DNA of 63,377 nt, the filler included, from Collodictyon triciliatum (lineage: Eukaryota): the NCBI GenBank assembly GCA_043381765.1. It is 8 parts of 8 records of this genome, joined end to end, with 100 filler letters (N's around TTAATTAATTAA, not from the genome) between each part and the next. Parts side by side here need not be neighbours in the genome. Positions count along the whole stretch, not along the records: positions 45,255 to 54,959 come from JBHJMP010002918.1; positions 55,060 to 61,176 come from JBHJMP010002940.1; positions 61,277 to 63,377 come from JBHJMP010003086.1; 5 more parts are not named here. One strand, given 5' to 3'. The notes beneath the pieces were generated by a model. It searched no databases and was not told the origin of the DNA. It saw nothing but the letters and a program-made list of their open reading frames with translations. Shown piece by piece: positions 49,766-63,377 of this stretch (within the stretch, counting starts at the first letter, position 1; each line of letters opens with the position of its first letter). Position numbers and translations under genes: made by a program.

Positions 49766-49893
49766 TGAAGGGGGAAAAAGAGAGAGAGAGAGAGAGAGAA
49801 GAGAACGACGTGTTGTTGAGGTTATAACTCAAATGCTCGAAATAAATAATCATACATGCGGTGCATTTTCTTTGGGATTTCTTTTCACTTCTC

Positions 49894-52800
49894 TTATCGG
49901 TCGAATCTCAAAGACCTTCCAACACTGAGCACAGCGCTTCGGAAGCAAACAAACTGTAATGTGGGTACGAAAAGAAGAAAGACGAAAGAAGACGAAAGGA
50001 AAAGAAAAGAGAGAAGAAAACCAATTGCAGAACGGATTTTGAAGGGTTTATAAACACAAGTGTGATGCATGGCTTGAAAGCGGTGGATTAGTAGCGAGTA
50101 GATGGTGGGATGGGACTCTGGGACAAAGGAGGGAGGATTTTCGGTGCTGAAGAGTGAGTCCGGCCCTTTTTTGAAACACCCACGGAAGATTGATGATTCG
50201 CAGAGGGCTCTGCGCTTTTGAAGTTTGGAGAGTGTGCTGGTGCTTGGTTGGTGTTTGTCTGAGATAGATTGAAGTAAGAGTGTTTGAATGTCTTGAAACT
50301 TGATGGATGGTTTCGGGGGTTCGTATTGATGATGATTTTGCTTCAACTGAAATGTTTCTTTTTTTTCTTTCTTTTCTCTTGTAAAATACGAGGTTGGTGA
50401 GGAGGGAAAATGATGTACCATATCTGATGGAGATTGATGGTCTCCAATTCCTTGCTGGGTTTCGAATGTGCTGGTTGACTGATTTTCATACAAAAATAGA
50501 AGAGGGTGAATATAAATAGGGGAAGAAGAAGAAAAAAACAATCAATCCCAATATGTTGTCTTATATTTCATCAGGTTCTAGGGTAATTTGCAAGGAGGAA
50601 AGACAGGTTTTGCATCCAACCGGAAGGCACAAGACATGTGGGTTTGAAAGATAAACTTCTTACAGTTTTGCTCCTCGGCTCCGGTGTTTTCAAAAGATCG
50701 TATTTAATTTCCACATATCCATTTGGTTTTTCGAATTGTTGTATGTTTTGGTAATTGTGGTGGCGCTGACTTTGTGGCGTGGCCTCAACGTGGTTGACTG
50801 GTGAAACGGCTCCATTTTGGTTAATCGCTGTGATGAATAAGATTGGTAAACGTGCATAAAATGAACTTTAGTGATATCAATGAAAACGCAGTGTTCATTC
50901 ATTTTGATTTTCAAGCTATGCTTTCGATAATATGGGTTAATGATGATATTTATATGAACAAAAAAAATCACGAGGAAGGCAGCCTTTTCCTTTATCTGTT
51001 GCTGGTGTAGACATATTCTGCATGTTTTTTACTTCACATAGGATATTCCTCAGCTCAGATTCTCGTCTAATTGTTGATTTATTATTTGATAATAACGCTG
51101 TCATTTGTTCAAATCACATAGTTACTTGAAGTGGCAATATCATCAATACTTGCTACTGATTTGGATTATGAAAACATTGAAATAGTTCAGATGTATTCCT
51201 TTTAGGTGATTGATTCGGGCACTTCAACACTCAGACAGTATACACTAATTTTCGTATATTTTGTGATAATCGAACACGATGATAAAAAAAAAAAAAAAGT
51301 CTACTCTGCAATATCAATCTCCTGTACTTTTGATGATTCTGCTTCGCTGATGCTGAAGCCTGCACCAGGGTTCGTGGTGTTCCTGCTTCCATCAAAATGA
51401 CCCTTAAATTAGGTGGGATTTTTTTGGCTTTTTTTTTGGAAGTTGTGAGAGTGGCTGCGATGATTATAATTTAATTTTTAGTTTATTCCTTACGTGGTGG
51501 ACTTTCTTCCTTGTTTCATTTCAGATAATACGGACAGAAGCTGATTGGTTACATCTACAATAGCCGTTGTATAATGTGATAATTGGATGTGACCAATTAA
51601 ACCGTTCGATGTTTCAAGTGAAGTATTCTGTACGAGCAAAAACGATTTTTAGGTGATGCATTTTTCAGCTCTATTTAGTTCTTAGGTTATGCATTAATTC
51701 TAAAAGTGCTAAAAAAAATTTTTTTTACAGTAATATGTGCGATTTATGTCTTACATGTACTCTTTTTCGTAAAGACAGTAGATATGTATTGTGATAATTA
51801 AACATGTGGTTATCGAAACTCATACTTGTTTTACCATACTCAATTCATTCGTTAAATCCCCTATCCGCTCGTCTCTTTCTCCAAGCTGGTTCATCAACGC
51901 CTGAATCTCTGCATCTTTTTCATCCTCCATACCTGTTTTACGCTGTCGATATCCTGATTGAAGAACTATAAAGAATGGATATGAATATGCCGGTGAGAGC
52001 CATTTGAGAACACGTTAGGCCTTCATATCAAACTATTGAGTTTATTGCCAATGTGCACGATTATAGCAATATCAGAGGAATTCAAAATAAATACCTTGCA
52101 TCTTGTTTGTCAATATTTTAATCACTCTTTGGGCAGATACCGAGCGACTGGTGGATTTTACTTCATTTTCCTCTAGTATTGCTATTTTTCGTTTTAGAGC
52201 ACCCACTTCCTCTTTCAACTAGCATGTATAAGAATACAAAATAAAAAGAGTTTAGATTTACCATAATGTTTTTATTCAAATTGTGTGTCTGTTTGGCTGC
52301 TTGTTTAATTTTATTAATTATGTGCAAATATTTCTTCTCACGTTTTCTGGTAGATTATATTTGTGATTTTTGAATTTGATTTTATGAATATGAGTACCTT
52401 TTGGTTTTCTGAAAGGAGCGATTCAGTAACTTTTGACTGATAAGCCAACTCCACAGCCATCTGCTCATTTTCAGCAATAGTTTTTCTTGTTGTCTGTTTT
52501 GTAAAACACCATTTAGCGTCCTTAAAAAAAAAAGGAAGGAAGGAAGATACGTTGAGTATGAATGATTTAGATAAATTATCAGTCGTTTCGCTTGTTCTTA
52601 CGCTGGCTAATTGAGCATCAGTAAGCTTTAGCAAACTTTCTTTGGCTTCCTTCATCTTCACAAGCATCTCTTTCCTGAGCCTGTCTTTCTCTTGAATTAT
52701 TTTCCTTTCCTGAAGTTTTATTTAGGTATAGTAACTTAAAAGCCGCAATTAATTTTATTCCCTTTATTCGATTCAAAGAAAAGCTGCAATTAGTTAAAGG

Positions 52801-54239
52801 TGTAAATTATGAAATATTTTAAATCGCATTGGTATCTACAATTATAATATTTATTTTACTAGATCAGCCAAAGCAATCTGGTGTTCTTTTCGCTGGTCAC
52901 CGATTTTCTTCTGCGTATTTTCGAGCTCTGCTTCAATGTCGGACTATTTAAAAAAAATGAAAAGGGGTTTCAAGCAGAAAATCAAAAGTATATTAGAAAA
53001 AAATTGCTTTACCTTGTGGACTTTGAAGTCTATCAAATCGTTTAGTTGCTCTTTCAAGGAGATTATCTGAACGAAAACAGAACCATTAAGAATGAGAGAA
53101 CTTCAAAGAGAAACAAATCCTTGATTCCAAAGAACGGTCAATCGAAAAGTATTAATCCCACAAGAAGTGAGCATATAGATTAAAGAAAGTGGAAACTTTT
53201 CAAAATTGTGAATAAAAGGCGTGTACAGTAAATATAACCGATTCTGACCTCCTCTTGATATTGACGAACTAACTCGGCGCCATGAATTCTTTCTTTATCG
53301 ATCATGCTCTCTGTCAGGGGATTATTTTTCTCCATTACTCGTATGGAATAGACAAAATCCGAGATTCTTGTGTACAAAACAGAGCATATCTAAAATGCAC
53401 TTGATAAAATAAGTACAAACGAGTTTGGCTGAGTGCCTGGTCTCTTGTATCCTCAGCTACTCCAAGCTTTTCGTACAAGCTTGCAATTTCATCGTCTTTT
53501 TCCTTTAATTCATCTTTCATCCGGGTGTGAGCAGTAATCTTGTATTGTTTAGTAATGAATTCAAATGTCGAAAACAGAGTAAACACTAAGTTCATCAAAA
53601 GAGCGAATACAGACTGCATCAACTTAAACCAGCAATCGCCCTCTATGAAAATTATTAACGGGCTGGTAGAATATAATTTAAAACAATCTAATTAATCCAA
53701 CTCACATGTTCCCTTTGCTGTTTGTCAATTTCTTCAGAGTAATACAGATTCTGTTTGGTTAGTTCAGAAACGCGCAATTCCCTACACAAGGTTTTCCGGT
53801 TGAATGTCATAAAATAATATGAATAGTTCAAAATATCTGATCTGATCTGATCTGTGTAGTTTTCTAACTATTTGATAAAAATGTGTTAGGTTGAAAAGAA
53901 AGTAGAATACGTAGCGTACGAAAGATGAAGCAATATAATTATAACTATGCAACAAAAATTCAGAAAGATGGAGACGTTACAAATAAAATAATGAGAATTA
54001 AAATTGCTCGCAAAAAATAGACTTGCGCCTTTCTTTCTTTTTTGCTTTTTTGCTTATCATGGGGATATGCTCAACGCAAAGTGAAGGGCTTACAGGCGGT
54101 CGACCTTCCCGCGGAGTGACTGAATCTCAAAGCGCACACGATGCGATTCCAAATCCAACTCCGAATCGCCTGTATTACCCTCTCCGATTAGAGTTGTTCC
54201 AGGCTCTGAATCGCCCGTCTTTTTCGGCTTCTTGAGCAT
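49894..54239 (-). CDS. CFAP157: Cilia- and flagella-associated protein 157-like coiled-coil protein; 3' end approximate
   Basis: First exon MLKKPKKTGDSEP...IQSLRGKVDRL. Conserved block IIQEKDRLRKEMLVKMKEAKESLLKLTDAQLA|TTRKTIAENEQMAVELAYQSK matches the CFAP157 core as I recall it. Confidence 0.75.
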
Positions 54240-54818
54240 GTCTGGTGGTTTGGGGTCCCTAGAAAAGAGGGGGAGAAAAAATAAAAAAATAAAAAATAAA
54301 AAATAAAAATAAAATATGAAAAAAACGACAAAAAAATGAAAGAACGAAAGAACGAAAAATGAAAGAACGAAAATGAAGAATGAAAAAAGAACATCGGAGA
54401 CATATGGCTTTTGACGCAGTGTGCGTCAGAAAATATGACCAGCAGCCTGTCGTGCCAAGAAAAGAATAATAGTTAGTGATAAACGTGTCGTGATTGTTTG
54501 AAAGGCAGATCACAACGACATCCATAACCTGTGGTTCTGGATATAGGTGCGACTATAATAACTGTACATAACACATATTTGTGTATGTAATTTATATGGA
54601 CTTGGTTTTATGAATAGGTACTATTAGAATTAAACAAAAATAGAAATATATTCCACAAATAATATACTAAGTTGGAAGTCCGTTACCTGTCTTGATCAAA
54701 GATTTGCTCCGACTTTTTCTAAGTGGTGAAACTGTGCTGCTCGCACTGAAGTTTGTAGAGAGTGCTTATTTTTTTTTTTTTTTTTTTTTTAAAAAGAAAG
54801 GCTTTTTTTTTTTTTTTT

Positions 54819-54959
54819 GTTCTTCCAATCTCCTTTTATCTGTAAGCTTGTTATCCAACCACAACTGTCAAGTACTAATCGTAAATCTACTCTCATAAAT
54901 AGAAGCCTTGGCTTTTGGCATTCGAACAAATACGCGTTCATACACACTCATCTGTTCCT
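54819..54959 (+). repeat. 141-bp direct copy of 48972-49112 (RhoGEF intron end plus exon start)
   Basis: Identical except for 4 substitutions; sits at a contig end after poly-T. Confidence 0.9.
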
Positions 54960-55059
54960 NNNNNNNNNNNNNNNNNNNNNNNNNNNNNNNNNNNNNNNNN
55001 NNNTTAATTAATTAANNNNNNNNNNNNNNNNNNNNNNNNNNNNNNNNNNNNNNNNNNNN

Positions 55060-55159
<100 letters not shown>

Positions 55160-55353
55160 GGCGCTGCTTGTTATGATAGTGGTGTGCTTCTGTGTGATTA
55201 AGTGCAGAATGTTGTGTTTGATGGTCGGCAGTGAAAGATGTCTGTGCTCCCCTCTCTTTCCTCCCCGTCATTATAAGATGTGTTTGTTGTTTTCTGAATT
55301 TATTTCAGAGGTTTCTATTCGTACGACGTCGTGTGCCGGGGCCCTCAGCCTTT

Positions 55354-58300
55354 CTACGCGCTCGTCAGAGCTTGAACACCGGGAAGAATGCGGCCTGGAT
55401 AAATGGCAATAATATCACATGATTAGAAATCCTATTCATTCATCGCATTCGTACAATCGAGGTGATGGCTCGCTCTTGTTAAAAATATACGATTATTGAT
55501 TTGTAAAAAGTTAGACGTGAATAATAGGTGTTTATTTTGTAAACGAGGTCATTCACACAATGGACTAAAGATAATACTACTCAGTTTCATCGCCATTTAT
55601 GGGATTATACTCACCTTCCAAAAGCTCCAGCGACGCACCTCCTCCGGTGCTGACGTGGTTGACCTTGTCCACAGTCCCAAACTGCTCAGCGCATGTTGCC
55701 GTGTCCCCGCCACCTATTGAAGTACAATTCAGATCAATTAAGTGCATGTTTAAATTGATTAAGCAATTTGAAAACAAGAGAACACACACTTCAGAATAAC
55801 ACATATATGTGAAAATGCTCCAGCTCTACCAATGATGGTGACTGTGCCAGCTTCTGTGGCCGCGACCATGGCATCCATCACAGCACGAGTGCCAGCAGCA
55901 AAGTTTCCCATTTCAAAGACGCCCATAGGTCTAAAGTACGTTTATTATTAAAATATCGTCAGCTTCTCTAGGAAATAATGATTCAAGTTATATCTGAACA
56001 TCAGGTCAATTTATATAATCCAAGGTTTGCTACCCATTCCAAACGATGGTCTTTGCACGACCAACCACAGATGCAAAAACAGAGCGAGTCTCGGGGCCGA
56101 TATCAAGACCTTGTGTAAAGTTTAATTCATATAAAAACCGGAGAGTGTGTCTTCGGCGTTATGGAGTTCAGTATGATAGAGGAGCCCACCTAACCACCCT
56201 TCAGGGATACCGGTTTGGTCATTAGCTGCTCCAACGTTTGCGGCGTTGTCAAACTTATCAGCAGTGACATAGTCGGTAGGGAGATGAATCTTAACATTTT
56301 TTGCAGCCTGCAGAGGAAATTGTGATTGGTTAAATTCAACGAGAATCAACCCGGTATATTATATGCAAAATTCACACTCACAGCCTTAGCTAAAAGGGCA
56401 GGAACAATCTTGGCACCTTCTTCGTCATAGAGAGATTTGCCAATCTATATTTTGAGGGTATAATTCGTTTTCACCAAAGGATAAAATGATTCTACTACAG
56501 CGAATAGCCTCATCGGCAGCAATGCTGACAAACCTCGACGTTGAAAGCAACTTTCTTGAATGTGTATGCCATGCCGCCACCAATAATCATTTCATCAACC
56601 TTGTCTAGAAGATTCTCAATAAGCTTGATCTTGTCGGCAACTTTAGCACTGCGACGAAGAAACCAAACCAACGTGAGATTGATTACCAATTAAGATAATA
56701 ATTCAATGATTTTTTTTCCGATATCCCAATAAGTATCATGAGCAAGTATACCCTCCAAGAATAGCGAGGAAAGGGCGCTGGGGATTCTCCAATGCCTGAG
56801 AGTCGAAACATAACCGATACCATTGAGTTACTTCAGTAAGAAACATATTAGAGTATTTGCGGTTCGAGAGAAAATAACCTTGGCAAAGTAGTCAAGTTCC
56901 TTCTTCATCAAAAAACCAGCAGCACGGACGGGATGCTCAACGCCAACCATTGAGCTATACAACAGCATACAAAATATATCTGAATTATACACGGGAATGA
57001 ATTTTAAATAAGCTTTACCAAGAGTAGAATGAAACCTGTGAGCGCGATGAGCAGTTCCAAAGGCATCGTTGACATAGATATCTCCGAGTTTTGTCAGCGA
57101 GGCTCTGAAAGCCTTGACCTTCTCAGGGTCAGCCTTGAACTGAACAATCACCAAAACACCGTCAATTTTATTGAATAGGGGAATATCGTGTTAAACTAAT
57201 TCTAGAATTCTATGCGTATAGCGATGATTATATTTTCAGATTTACACAATTAAAAGAATATTACGGACGCAAAACAAACCTTTTTTCCGTTTTCATCGAC
57301 TCCGCTCCCCTCTTCTTCTACGTGGAAACGAAGATTCTCGAGAAGAATAACAGTTCCTGAGAACATTAAAGACTCGATTCAGTGACCCAAATAAAACAAC
57401 TGTATTCTTTTTTTTTTTTTTATCAAACAATTCGACTGGAGAAGTATAATTTATCATTTTTTATGAATTGACTCATTTTCTACTGCTATATATAGTTCAA
57501 GGTGTACCCGGTGCAGGGTCGGCACAGACACGCTCAACCTCCTCTCCGACACAATCAGGAAGGAAGACAATCTCTCTATATTGACAGTAAAACAAATTGT
57601 TATTATATAGAGGAAGACGTAATACCCACATTAAATTCAAGACATTAAAGATTATGTCAGTTTGTGGTTGATTTCTGCATCTTTCCCACTCGTACCGCTT
57701 TAAAAGTTCGTTAAGCTTCTCAGCGACAGGCTTCATGGATGACTTCGGCTGCGGGCGGCCGTCGGGGCGACCCAGATGGCTCATCAACACAACAGACTTT
57801 GCGCCTGATAACACCACGGATTTGAGACTCACCATTAGTAGATGTATATATTAAAGCAGAGAAAAGAGACAGAAAGTGAGAGAAAAAGAAAGAGAAAAAG
57901 AAAGAGAAAAAGAAAGAGAAAAAGAAAGAGAAAAAGAAAGAGAAAAAAGCAAAGAAAGAAAAAGAAAGAGAAAAAGAAAGAGAAAAAGAAAGAGAAAAAG
58001 AAAGAGAAAAAGAAAGAGAAAAAAGCAAAGAAAGAAAAAGAGACAGAGAAAGAAAAGAAAAAGAAAAAGAAAAAGAAAAAGAAAAAGAAAAAGAAAGAGA
58101 AAAAGAAAGAGAAAGAGAAAGAGAAAGAGAGAAAATAAAAAAGAGAAACAGAAGGGAACAAAACAAACCCTTATCGAGAGCGTACTGAATCGATGGAAGG
58201 GCGGCTTCGATGCGTTGCGCACTGGTAATCTTGCCTTCTTTCAAAGGGACGTTGAAGTCAACGCTGGAACGGTGGCAAAGATATGAGCGCTAACCAGCAA

Positions 58301-58434
58301 AGCACTCTTCTGTTTTCACCGCAAAGATGAAAACAAAGTCGCAATATAATATTGAACAATCTAACAAAACCAACGCACCGCATCAGCACACGCTTCCCAG
58401 AGACGTCGACTTGAGCCAGCCCGAGCTTATTCAT
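55354..58434 (-). CDS. PGK: Phosphoglycerate kinase, multi-exon
   Basis: [80 protein letters not shown] and [21 protein letters not shown]. Stop TAG at 55354-55356. Confidence 0.97.
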
Positions 58435-58574
58435 GGCGCTTGTAGAATTACTTTTCTTTGTTGTTCTTGAGATTTGATCTGACCTAGAAGCGATCTGCCT
58501 GCTGTCTTTGTGAGGATCCTGCCTGGCTGTTTGGCCGTGGAGATTATGTCTGGAAAACACGCGTTGCTTCGGCC

Positions 58575-58662
58575 GATTGGATTTGTGTTTAAAGTTGCAG
58601 AAACCGTGGGCGGTGACGATTGGTGACGGGATATGACGTCATCTTTGACCAGAATTACGTCA
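58575..58662 (-). promoter_or_regulatory. PGK proximal promoter motif cluster (two CCAAT boxes, a GC box, CRE/TGACG sites)
   Basis: ATTGG at 58576 and 58619 (CCAAT on the minus strand), GGGCGG at 58608, TGACG at 58614 and 58624, TGACGTCA at 58634, TTACGTCA at 58655. These lie 140-230 bp upstream of the ATG. Confidence 0.5.
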
Positions 58663-59348
58663 TTTGGCATAAAGGTATTCGACGAAGCTTGCCGATTCAA
58701 ATCTGGAAAATACAGCATATTTCATTTTTCGCGGGTGGTTCAGCGTATTTTGTGTCCTCGGAATGTTTTTGTTTGAGGGGATATTACAAGAAAAAGAAAA
58801 AAAGAAATTTTTGATTGATTGTCTGAGTAAGTTACCAGATTGTGAAACATGGCATATTTGGGCTTTGTGTTTCGTTGGGATGGTGGTCTTTGGTGCCAAG
58901 GGATTAACATGAAGCTATGCTCTGGTGGGGCGCTTGTATTCACCAGCTGGCACAGCAGATACATACTCAGGAATGATTGAACAAGCCTTGTCTGATTCTT
59001 GATGAAGTGATAAAACGGGACTTTTTATTTTGCATTTTATTTTTTTGGGCAGAGAGAAAAAGAAGCAGCGGTGGATGAATCAAATGTGAATTTTGAATCT
59101 CGAACTCAGTGTGATTAATATTGAAACCTTCTTCAAGTAAAGAGAAAATCGGAAACTTGGCCAACCCATCGCCCTTTGTCATATGATTAGAGCAAAGAAC
59201 AACTAAATTTATTCTGGTCTTCAAAGACCACAAAATAAAAATAATGGTCGTTCTTGATGAGAAAAAAAAAAAAAGAGGAATAAATCAGCTCCGTAATGAC
59301 AAAAGGAAGTGTATAGATGTGTTGCGCAGCACTCTCAAGAGGCACAGT

Positions 59349-60909
59349 TTAAGCCATCATCATCAGGGGTGCCACGATAATAATGATCAACACGAGGAAG
59401 ACAATCATCAGGATACACATTTTCTGTGTGAAGGGTGAATAATTTTATTTTATTTTTAAAAAAAGCGATATTTCGAATTAAATGACTAAAGGCGGTGAAG
59501 GGTCGCTAACTAGCAGAAAGATAAATCAGACTATGGATTATGTCTCACCTTTCTAGACTTCTTCTGTAATTTGACTCCTTCCTTGAGTTCTTTCTTGGCT
59601 TGCTCGGTGTATGCAACGCTTTGGCTAACACTGTATTCGATTTGGTTGAGCAGCTCCCCCTTTGATAAAGAATTTTGTAAAGCGTAAATATTCCCTCCCA
59701 GTTTCTTGACATTCCTTTTTTTTTTTTTTGTTTCTTTTTGTTTCTTTTTGTTTTGTTTGGAGAGCTACCTGTGCCTCAACTAGGATTGACATGTCGACGA
59801 AAAGCTGGTGAAGCTCTTGAATACTGGCCTCGAGGCGAAGGATTTCTTTGTGTCGTTCACATACTTCAGTGTAAATCTTGGAGTGTCTACTGGCCAGAGC
59901 ATTAACAAAAATCGATCCAGAGCCCTGCTCGATGGCCTGATTTGTTTCTTCTTCGGTGATACCTGGGTTGACTAAAACATACTCATTTTAGAAAACAAAT
60001 AGATATGCTTTAAGATAAATTTCGCTAGGAAAATAAAAAAAGAGATGAAAATGAGAAAAAGTTGTATAAAATAACAAAAACCTATGCGAAGTTGTCGGGA
60101 AGCTTTCTCTCTTATTTGAGTCTTAAACTTATCCTGCTTCTCTTGGTATGTGGTCATGACCTCGACAAACTGTTTTGAAAGGGTTCCGTAGGTGTTTCGC
60201 CTGATTCTTGCTTGCGCACTCTTATCATCCTAGAAAAAAATAGTACTTTTATAGTTTGACACACTCGACGCTACACTTTGAATCGAATAAAGGGGGAAAA
60301 AATAGTTTGACACGCTCGAAGGTTATGTTAAACAGTTTCATTTTAATTAGCAGGATGATAATGGTTGGGTTACCTGCTCGCCCGAAACTAGTTTTTCCAT
60401 CTCCTTAAGTTTTGTTTTGATTACCATGCAGTCTTTGTTAGTAGAATCGACAATTAGCTGGACTTGTCCTTGTTGTTCTGCGCAACAAATCAAACAGAAG
60501 CAGTTTAAATATCAACATATACACAAATGAGGTAAGGAGCAAGAAACAAATAATGATGCAAAGCTTTTCCTTTCGCACATTACTTTCCCAAAAAAAGAAG
60601 CAATTAAATGAAGATAGATTATGCTCGAGCTACAAATGTACTGCTGTAATTTTCCATTATCTGGTTTAATGAATGCAAAAAAATAGCATACCATCAGCCC
60701 TCCTCACAGCAGAAAGCTGCTTTTCGAGCAAGCCTCCTAATTGTGCAACACTCTCCTTGATGCGAGAAATACCGCTTTTGATTTCACCCACATCCCTGTA
60801 GAAGCTTTCCATAAAGCCTTCGTCCGATACACCCGTCGGTTGCGAGTGTTGGGTCAGGGGCTTCATCTCCACTGCATGGTATTCAGGCTCCGCACTCTCA
60901 GTAGCACGC
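59349..60909 (-). CDS. Plasma-membrane-type Qa-SNARE syntaxin; first exon probably missing
   Basis: FMESFYRDVGEIK (Habc), RIRRNTYGTLSKQFVEVMTTYQ, ERHKEILRLEASIQELHQLFVDMSILVEAQ|GELLNQIEYSV (Qa layer) and a C-terminal TM. Stop TAA at 59349-59351. Confidence 0.92.
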
Positions 60910-62253
60910 TGTTAGTGTTACCCTCAGTTTGTTATTCAATCAAATGTGGCCAGAACCCTTCGGAAAATAAGAGCTAGGAAGAGAAGGCATAGTAGAATTC
61001 TATACAGAACTAAATAGAGAGGACGCCTAGGAGAAAAGAGAGAAAAAAAGAGAGAGAAAAAGAGAGAGAAAAAGAGAGAGAAAAAAAGAGAGAAAAAAAG
61101 AGAGAGAGAAAAAGAGAGAGAGAAAAAGAGAGAGAGAAAAAGAGAGAGAGAAAAAGAGAGAGAGAAAAAGAGAGAGNNNNNNNNNNNNNNNNNNNNNNNN
61201 NNNNNNNNNNNNNNNNNNNNTTAATTAATTAANNNNNNNNNNNNNNNNNNNNNNNNNNNNNNNNNNNNNNNNNNNNTGTTTTTGTTTTTGTTTTTGTTTT
61301 TGTTTTTGTTTTTGTTTTTGTTTTTGTTTTTGTTTTTGTTTTTGTTTTTGTTTTTGTTTTTGTTTTTGTTTTTCTTATTCCTATTCCTATTTTTCCTATT
61401 CTTTTTCTTTTTCTTTTTCAATTTTTTTTGTTTGACTTTCGGTTGAAATTATCTGGCTTTTGCAGGTAAATTCTATATTTGGAACGATAGGAAAAGGAGC
61501 ACGAACCGTGTCTACCGAATATATGCATTTACGGAATATATGATATATAGATGATACTACAACTAACACCGCTTTTCATACACAATCAACTACATAATAC
61601 TCATAAAAAAATATATATTGCTACATACAGTGTAGAGTCTGTGAGTACTTCCAGCCAAACAAACAAACAAACAAACAAACAAACAAACAAACAAACAAAC
61701 AAACAAACAAACAAACAAACAAACAAACAAACAAACAAACAAACAAGTCGATCTGATCGCTAGCTGTCCTCGCTCATCTTGCGACAGTTATTTGCGCTTA
61801 TGGCTTTTTTGACAATGACTTTTTTTTTTATGCCATGTGATTTTCTGTCTGACTTGGTCACATCAGCAGGGACAACGGTTGGACATGTCGACTCTCCTTT
61901 CTGTAGCTCCAGCAGGTTTGTTCTCCAAAGCTTCAGCCTTTTTTCTTCCTTATTTTTAGCCTACATATGCTTTTCTTTTATTGTTGCCCGCTTTTATCTA
62001 CTCCCCAGTCTTTACTTTTTAATCATCCTGCAGCCCTTATGATATGCACAGATGGCTCCATAGTATACTATTTTGAAAATGATTTACTAGAACAACTAGA
62101 AGGGCGGTCATATAGCTAAAAAAAATTCTATTGCGAACAATAACTAGAAGATGACACTAATGACCTTCTATTTGAGATGCCTTCCAGCTTATTCTTAACT
62201 GAGTCAACTGACTTATTTATTCTTCTTAATCCAAAAAGTGTATTTTTTTTTTA

Positions 62254-63280
62254 GGATTCAACGAAGCAATTTCCTCGATATCACAACTTCCACTAGTTGC
62301 GTTCGAAATACTGGTACATCTATGCATCGCACTATTTTAATCTATTATCGATGCGGATGCATGAATAAATTTAAGCTTTCACGTGCGATATTGCATATAT
62401 ATAACATTCTCTCACTCGATTGATAGGAAGCAACTGACCATACGTAAATATAATCACCCGATTTTTTTCTTTTGTGTTTATGAAAATTTTTCCAACAAAC
62501 GAATTGGAAGGCGGCCGATGTATTGGATTTTGTCATGTACAAGTCATCTACACTTTCGTTGGAGCGAATCTACAAGGTTCATCGACTGTCTAACCGAAAA
62601 TAAATACAAAAAAAAAGTTAAATATCATTGACGGACAGTAATTTGCACATATTTAGGCATTTCCAGCCGATTCTGCACCAGTCACTGAGAAAAACCTCCA
62701 AAATATTGTGAACGCTGTGACTTACTTATACCGGTTCGTGCAACACAATTTTTCGCCAGTTTTATCTATAGATTTACTTACAGAATCGATATTCATAATT
62801 CTCTTGTGCATCCAACTTGCAGCTCCTTTGTTCGGGATAAACTGGCACTTGATGCAGTTGGAGCTATTCTGCAGGAATTGTCCATCGGTGCTGATTACCT
62901 TGCAGTCTTTGCAAAGACATGGAAGTCTAAGGTATCATTAAGTCAAACTACAGATAATCCCTTATCACCTATGATAGTTTTTTTTTTTTTTATTCCTGAT
63001 GAGATTACTACAATTTGTCATTTATCTCATGTACATAAACTAACCCTAAGAGGTGTGCATAAAAATTCAATATTTCTAGTCAGGCGGCGTGACAGAAAAT
63101 CTGCAAAGGCTTCTTAAAGTCGGTTCGCTTGTGGATGTCGAATGGAAGGTTGGTGTCGCTCTTCAGTCTTCAAACTGCCAATCTCTGAGTTCTCCTTATG
63201 TGAGCATGGTGATCAAAGTCGCTGACAGCAATGGTCATATCGAAGCGCATCCCTTTGAGTTGAATCTAGCAGAATTCCAG
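62254..63280 (+). CDS. COMMD6: COMM domain protein, COMMD6-like, with an N-terminal helical domain; partial at both ends
   Basis: VGSLVDVEWKVGVALQSSNCQSLSSPYVSMVIKVADSNGHIEAHPFELNLAEFQ (63080-63280). Upstream exons read GFNEAISSISQLP, AADVLDFVMYK and IVNAVTYLYR. Confidence 0.8.
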
Positions 63281-63377
63281 GTCGATAGCATACAAATACA
63301 ACAAACCCGAGCTTTATTTTCTCTCTTTCCTTTTTTTTTTTTTTTTTTCATTTTTTGCAACCACAAAAATATCCCTT

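Noticed and set aside
61760-62060. Possible small minus-strand gene (AKNKEEKRLKLWRTNLLELQKGE...)
   Set aside because: Short, no recognisable motif and no confident start or splice structure.

Overview
This is intron-rich, AT-rich eukaryotic DNA. CFAP157 suggests a flagellated protist and MSH4 suggests it is meiosis-capable. It is not a continuous locus: eight contigs of up to about 10 kb are joined by artificial 100-nt spacers (N44-TTAATTAATTAA-N44), so adjacency across a spacer means nothing. Recognisable genes are MSH4, a mitochondrial ABCB8-like transporter, a kelch-ectodomain receptor with a degenerate kinase-cyclase-kinase tail, THOC7, two small Ala-rich genes, TRAPPC6, a WD40/Cys-rich multipass receptor, a myotubularin, an intronless membrane protein, a DH-PH-FYVE RhoGEF, CFAP157, PGK, a Qa syntaxin and COMMD6. 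Three items stand out. (1) A decayed Fanzor1-type (eukaryotic TnpB) nuclease C-terminus at 9833-10436, followed directly by a structured candidate omegaRNA. (2) A signal-peptide-bearing receptor with an extracellular HET-E-like WD40 propeller and one CAA>TAA stop inside a 279-bp repeat. (3) A receptor whose three intracellular enzyme domains all look catalytically dead. All calls come from reading and translating by eye, with no database searches. Boundaries of multi-exon genes are approximate.
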